The position numbers and the translations under genes are program-made. The notes below the pieces were generated by a model. It was not told the DNA's origin and made no database searches. It was given only the letters and a program-made list of their open reading frames with translations. DNA of 64,000 nt from Auanema rhodensis (taxonomy: Eukaryota; Animalia; Nematoda), in assembly GCA_964057225.1 (NCBI GenBank), contig CAXKVF010000073.1, positions 434,001-498,000 of the forward strand. The letters run 5' to 3'. Numbering within the stretch: the stretch's first letter is position 1; each line of letters begins with the position of its first letter. Positions 57,501 through 64,000 of the stretch are shown piece by piece.

Positions 57501-60500
57501 TGAACCAATATCAATGAAAATTTGTTTTTAGACTAATATGGACATGGGGAATCTGATTTTGAAAACCGCATCTCTTTATCTTTCACGTGAAGCGAGTTAC
57601 ATACGAAGTGCACATCACGTGTACATTTAATTAGCATAAATTAAAGTTCACGTAAATTTCAAAGTCATGGTTACCATGAACCAATATCAATGAAAATTTG
57701 TTTTTAGACTAATATGGACATGGGGAATCTGATTTTGAAAACCGCATCTCTTTATCTTTCACGTGAAGCGAGTTACATACCAAGTGCACATCACGTGTAC
57801 ATTTAATTAGCATAAATTAAAGTTCACGTAAATTTCAAAGTCATGGTTACCATGCACCAATATCAATAAAAATTTGTTTTTAGACTAATATGGACATGGG
57901 GAATCTAATTTTGAAAACCGCATCTTTTTATCTTTCACGTGAAGCGAGTTACATACCAAGTGCACATCACGTGTACAATTAATTAGCATAAATTAAAGTT
58001 CACGTAAATTTCAAAGTCATGGTTACCATGCACCAATATCAATAAAAATTTGTTTTTAGACTAATATGGTCATGGGGAATCTAATTTTGAAAACCGCATC
58101 TTTTTATCTTTCACGTGAAGCGAGTTACATACCAAGTGCACATCACGTGTACAATTAATTAGCATAAATTAAAGTTTACGTAAATTTCAAAGTCATGGTT
58201 ACCATGAACCAATATCAATAAAAATTTGTTTCTAGACTAATATGGACATGTGGAATCTAATTTTGAAAACCGCATCTCTTTATCTTTCACGTGAAGCGAG
58301 TTACATACCAAGTGCACATCACGTGTACAATTAATTAGCATAAATTAAAGTTTACGTAAATTTCAAAGTCATGGTTACCATGAACCAATATCAATAAAAA
58401 TTTGTTTCTAGACTAATATGGACATGTGGAATCTAATTTTGAAAACCGCATCTCTTTATCTTTCACGTGAAGCGAGTTACATACCAAGTGCACATCACGT
58501 GTACATTTAATTAGCATAAATTAAAGTTCACGTAAATTTCAAAGTCATGGTTACCATGCACCAATATCAATAAAAATTTGTTTTTAGACTAATATGGACA
58601 TGGGGAATCTAATTTTGACAACCGCAACTCTTTATCTTTCACGTGAAGCGAGTTACATACCAAGTGCACATCACGTGTACATTTAATTAGCATAAATTAA
58701 AGTTCACGTAAATTTCAAAGTCATGGTTACCATGAACCAATATCAATGAAAATTTGTTTTTAGACTAATATGGACATGGGGAATCTGATTTTGAAAACCG
58801 CATCTCTTTATCTTTCACGTGAAGCGAGTTACATACCAAGTGCACATCACGTGTACATTTAATTAGCATAAATTAAAGTTCACGTAAATTTCAAAGTCAT
58901 GGTTACCATGAACCAATATCAATGAAAATTTGTTTTTAGACTAATATGGACATGGGGAATCTGATTTTGAAAACCGCATCTCTTTATCTTTCACGTGAAG
59001 CGAGTTACATACCAAGTGCACATCACGTGTACATTTAATTAGCATAAATTAAAGTTCACGTAAATTTCAAAGTCATGGTTACCATGAACCAATATCAATG
59101 AAAATTTGTTTTTAGACTAATATGGACATGGGGAATCTGATTTTGAAAACCGCATCTCTTTATCTTTCACGTGAAGCGAGTTACATACGAAGTGCACATC
59201 ACGTGTACATTTAATTAGCATAAATTAAAGTTCACGTAAATTTCAAAGTCATGGTTACCATGAACCAATATCAATGAAAATTTGTTTTTAGACTAATATG
59301 GACATGGGGAATCTGATTTTGAAAACCGCATCTCTTTATCTTTCACGTGAAGCGAGTTACATACCAAGTGCACATCACGTGTACATTTAATTAGCATAAA
59401 TTAAAGTTCACGTAAATTTCAAAGTCATGGTTACCATGCACCAATATCAATAAAAATTTGTTTTTAGACTAATATGGACATGGGGAATCTAATTTTGAAA
59501 ACCGCATCTTTTTATCTTTCACGTGAAGCGAGTTACATACCAAGTGCACATCACGTGTACAATTAATTAGCATAAATTAAAGTTCACGTAAATTTCAAAG
59601 TCATGGTTACCATGCACCAATATCAATAAAAATTTGTTTTTAGACTAATATGGTCATGGGGAATCTAATTTTGAAAACCGCATCTTTTTATCTTTCACGT
59701 GAAGCGAGTTACATACCAAGTGCACATCACGTGTACAATTAATTAGCATAAATTAAAGTTTACGTAAATTTCAAAGTCATGGTTACCATGAACCAATATC
59801 AATAAAAATTTGTTTCTAGACTAATATGGACATGTGGAATCTAATTTTGAAAACCGCATCTCTTTATCTTTCACGTGAAGCGAGTTACATACCAAGTGCA
59901 CATCACGTGTACAATTAATTAGCATAAATTAAAGTTTACGTAAATTTCAAAGTCATGGTTACCATGAACCAATATCAATAAAAATTTGTTTCTAGACTAA
60001 TATGGACATGTGGAATCTAATTTTGAAAACCGCATCTCTTTATCTTTCACGTGAAGCGAGTTACATACCAAGTGCACATCACGTGTACATTTAATTAGCA
60101 TAAATTAAAGTTCACGTAAATTTCAAAGTCATGGTTACCATGCACCAATATCAATAAAAATTTGTTTTTAGACTAATATGGACATGGGGAATCTAATTTT
60201 GACAACCGCAACTCTTTATCTTTCACGTGAAGCGAGTTACATACCAAGTGCACATCACGTGTACATTTAATTAGCATAAATTAAAGTTCACGTAAATTTC
60301 AAAGTCATGGTTACCATGAACCAATATCAATGAAAATTTGTTTTTAGACTAATATGGACATGGGGAATCTGATTTTGAAAACCGCATCTCTTTATCTTTC
60401 ACGTGAAGCGAGTTACATACCAAGTGCACATCACGTGTACATTTAATTAGCATAAATTAAAGTTCACGTAAATTTCAAAGTCATGGTTACCATGAACCAA

Positions 60501-63500
60501 TATCAATGAAAATTTGTTTTTAGACTAATATGGACATGGGGAATCTGATTTTGAAAACCGCATCTCTTTATCTTTCACGTGAAGCGAGTTACATACCAAG
60601 TGCACATCACGTGTACATTTAATTAGCATAAATTAAAGTTCACGTAAATTTCAAAGTCATGGTTACCATGAACCAATATCAATGAAAATTTGTTTTTAGA
60701 CTAATATGGACATGGGGAATCTGATTTTGAAAACCGCATCTCTTTATCTTTCACGTGAAGCGAGTTACATACGAAGTGCACATCACGTGTACATTTAATT
60801 AGCATAAATTAAAGTTCACGTAAATTTCAAAGTCATGGTTACCATGAACCAATATCAATGAAAATTTGTTTTTAGACTAATATGGACATGGGGAATCTGA
60901 TTTTGAAAACCGCATCTCTTTATCTTTCACGTGAAGCGAGTTACATACCAAGTGCACATCACGTGTACATTTAATTAGCATAAATTAAAGTTCACGTAAA
61001 TTTCAAAGTCATGGTTACCATGCACCAATATCAATAAAAATTTGTTTTTAGACTAATATGGACATGGGGAATCTAATTTTGAAAACCGCATCTTTTTATC
61101 TTTCACGTGAAGCGAGTTACATACCAAGTGCACATCACGTGTACAATTAATTAGCATAAATTAAAGTTCACGTAAATTTCAAAGTCATGGTTACCATGCA
61201 CCAATATCAATAAAAATTTGTTTTTAGACTAATATGGTCATGGGGAATCTAATTTTGAAAACCGCATCTTTTTATCTTTCACGTGAAGCGAGTTACATAC
61301 CAAGTGCACATCACGTGTACAATTAATTAGCATAAATTAAAGTTTACGTAAATTTCAAAGTCATGGTTACCATGAACCAATATCAATAAAAATTTGTTTC
61401 TAGACTAATATGGACATGTGGAATCTAATTTTGAAAACCGCATCTCTTTATCTTTCACGTGAAGCGAGTTACATACCAAGTGCACATCACGTGTACATTT
61501 AATTAGCATAAATTAAAGTTCACGTAAATTTCAAAGTCATGGTTACCATGCACCAATATCAATAAAAATTTGTTTTTAGACTAATATGGACATGGGGAAT
61601 CTAATTTTGACAACCGCAACTCTTTATCTTTCACGTGAAGCGAGTTACATACCAAGTGCACATCACGTGTACATTTAATTAGCATAAATTAAAGTTCACG
61701 TAAATTTCAAAGTCATGGTTACCATGCACCAATATCAATAAAAATTTGTTTTTAGACTAATATGGACATGGGGAATCTAATTTTGAAAACCGCATCTTTT
61801 TATCTTTCACGTGAAGCGAGTTACATACCAAGTGCACATCACGTGTACAATTAATTAGCATAAATTAAAGTTCACGTAAATTTCAAAGTCATGGTTACCA
61901 TGCACCAATATCAATAAAAATTTGTTTTTAGACTAATATGGACATGGGGAATCTAATTTTGAAAACCGCATCTTTTTATCTTTCACGTGAAGCGAGTTAC
62001 ATACCAAGTGCACATCACGTGTACAATTAATTAGCATAAATTAAAGTTTACGTAAATTTCAAAGTCATGGTTACCATGAACCAATATCAATAAAAATTTG
62101 TTTCTAGACTAATATGGACATGTGGAATCTAATTTTGAAAACCGCATCTCTTTATCTTTCACGTGAAGCGAGTTACATACCAAGTGCACATCACGTGTAC
62201 ATTTAATTAGCATAAATTAAAGTTCACGTAAATTTCAAAGTCATGGTTACCATGCACCAATATCAATAAAAATTTGTTTTTAGACTAATATGGACATGGG
62301 GAATCTAATTTTGACAACCGCAACTCTTTATCTTTCACGTGAAGCGAGTTACATACCAAGTGCACATCACGTGTACATTTAATTAGCATAAATTAAAGTT
62401 CACGTAAATTTCAAAGTCATGGTTACCATGAACCAATATCAATGAAAATTTGTTTTTAGACTAATATGGACATGGGGAATCTGATTTTGAAAACCGCATC
62501 TCTTTATCTTTCACGTGAAGCGAGTTACATACCAAGTGCACATCACGTGTACATTTAATTAGCATAAATTAAAGTTCACGTAAATTTCAAAGTCATGGTT
62601 ACCATGAACCAATATCAATGAAAATTTGTTTTTAGACTAATATGGACATGGGGAATCTGATTTTGAAAACCGCATCTCTTTATCTTTCACGTGAAGCGAG
62701 TTACATACCAAGTGCACATCACGTGTACATTTAATTAGCATAAATTAAAGTTCACGTAAATTTCAAAGTCATGGTTACCATGAACCAATATCAATGAAAA
62801 TTTGTTTTTAGACTAATATGGACATGGGGAATCTGATTTTGAAAACCGCATCTCTTTATCTTTCACGTGAAGCGAGTTACATACGAAGTGCACATCACGT
62901 GTACATTTAATTAGCATAAATTAAAGTTCACGTAAATTTCAAAGTCATGGTTACCATGAACCAATATCAATGAAAATTTGTTTTTAGACTAATATGGACA
63001 TGGGGAATCTGATTTTGAAAACCGCATCTCTTTATCTTTCACGTGAAGCGAGTTACATACCAAGTGCACATCACGTGTACATTTAATTAGCATAAATTAA
63101 AGTTCACGTAAATTTCAAAGTCATGGTTACCATGAACCAATATCAATGAAAATTTGTTTTTAGACTAATATGGACATGGGGAATCTGATTTTGAAAACCG
63201 CATCTCTTTATCTTTCACGTGAAGCGAGTTACATACCAAGTGCACATCACGTGTACATTTAATTAGCATAAATTAAAGTTCACGTAAATTTCAAAGTCAT
63301 GGTTACCATGAACCAATATCAATGAAAATTTGTTTTTAGACTAATATGGACATGGGGAATCTGATTTTGAAAACCGCATCTCTTTATCTTTCACGTGAAG
63401 CGAGTTACATACGAAGTGCACATCACGTGTACATTTAATTAGCATAAATTAAAGTTCACGTAAATTTCAAAGTCATGGTTACCATGAACCAATATCAATG

Positions 63501-64000
63501 AAAATTTGTTTTTAGACTAATATGGACATGGGGAATCTGATTTTGAAAACCGCATCTCTTTATCTTTCACGTGAAGCGAGTTACATACCAAGTGCACATC
63601 ACGTGTACATTTAATTAGCATAAATTAAAGTTCACGTAAATTTCAAAGTCATGGTTACCATGCACCAATATCAATAAAAATTTGTTTTTAGACTAATATG
63701 GACATGGGGAATCTAATTTTGAAAACCGCATCTTTTTATCTTTCACGTGAAGCGAGTTACATACCAAGTGCACATCACGTGTACAATTAATTAGCATAAA
63801 TTAAAGTTTACGTAAATTTCAAAGTCATGGTTACCATGAACCAATATCAATAAAAATTTGTTTCTAGACTAATATGGACATGTGGAATCTAATTTTGAAA
63901 ACCGCATCTCTTTATCTTTCACGTGAAGCGAGTTACATACCAAGTGCACATCACGTGTACAATTAATTAGCATAAATTAAAGTTTACGTAAATTTCAAAG
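54560..64000. repeat. Array domain C' (M311-M364): second occurrence of the domain C higher-order repeat, with 9-mer and 11-mer derivatives
   Basis: Same haplotype order as M133 onward, including rare G27 at 55466 (versus 23962). Confidence 0.9.
57904..61071. repeat. 9-mer higher-order repeat (2 x 1584 bp): M330-338 and M339-347
   Basis: G54 at 57605, 59189, 60773 (1584-bp steps); paired TCTAGA monomers M331/M332 and M340/M341. Confidence 0.9.

Larger units (their letters stand above)
1..64000. repeat. Tandem satellite DNA array, 176-bp monomer, 363 full copies plus a partial copy, all in one orientation; runs off both window ends
   Basis: Seen in sequence: TCTAATTTTGAAAACCGC recurs at 1, 177, 353, 881, 2641, 5281 (176-bp period); after a 1-bp deletion it recurs at exact multiples of 176 (14080 through 63888). 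Monomers differ from consensus by 0-6 substitutions. 56-57 G+C per 176 bp. Centromeric or heterochromatic role is inference from size and organisation only. Confidence 0.99.

Noticed and set aside
1-64000. CRISPR array or other repeat-spacer system
   Set aside because: The full 176 bp repeats; there are no unique spacers, leader or cas genes.
1-64000. Repetitive protein-coding ORF
   Set aside because: 176 is not a multiple of 3 and each monomer has stops in all three forward frames (e.g. positions 9, 37, 77) and all three reverse frames (TTA/TCA at 25, 32, 90).
1-64000. Tandem RNA gene cluster (5S rRNA, tRNA, snRNA, spliced leader)
   Set aside because: No recognisable conserved RNA sequence, cloverleaf or polymerase III A/B box; a covariance-model search would be needed to exclude it formally.
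1-64000. Embedded transposon, inversion or unique island
   Set aside because: The 176-bp register is kept end to end apart from one base, and all monomers are in the same orientation.
1-64000. Pure artefact (rolling-circle concatemer or synthetic repeat)
   Set aside because: Variants are hierarchically shared and domain-structured rather than random, which fits real array evolution; exact copy numbers could still be mis-assembled.

Overview
The whole 64,000-bp window is one uninterrupted, head-to-tail tandem array of a 176-bp AT-rich (about 32% GC) satellite monomer: 363 complete monomers plus 113 bp of a 364th. Consensus in the phase starting at position 1: TCTAATTTTGAAAACCGCATCTCTTTATCTTTCACGTGAAGCGAGTTACATACCAAGTGCACATCACGTGTACATTTAATTAGCATAAATTAAAGTTCACGTAAATTTCAAAGTCATGGTTACCATG(A/C)ACCAATATCAATAAAAATTTGTTTTTAGACTAATATGGACATGGGGAA. 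I found no gene, RNA gene, transposon insertion, inversion or CRISPR spacer; every monomer has stop codons in all six frames. Monomer length, homogeneity and organisation are typical of eukaryotic centromeric or heterochromatic satellite DNA, but I cannot name the family or organism. The information lies in the single-base variants, written here as base plus monomer position (e.g. A75); monomer n is Mn, starting at 1+176(n-1) up to M80 and at 176(n-1) afterwards because of one 1-bp deletion near 14045. The variants define five domains, nested higher-order repeats (3-, 4-, 5-, 7-, 8-, 9-, 11- and 17-mers), a 20-monomer block re-occurring 31,504 bp away, and in-register monomer gains and losses. 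The monomer is dense in palindromes, carries three TCACGT motifs 32-33 bp apart, and many variants create or perfect palindromes. Variants were read by eye, so rare ones may have been missed. I do not see a new protein- or RNA-coding system here.
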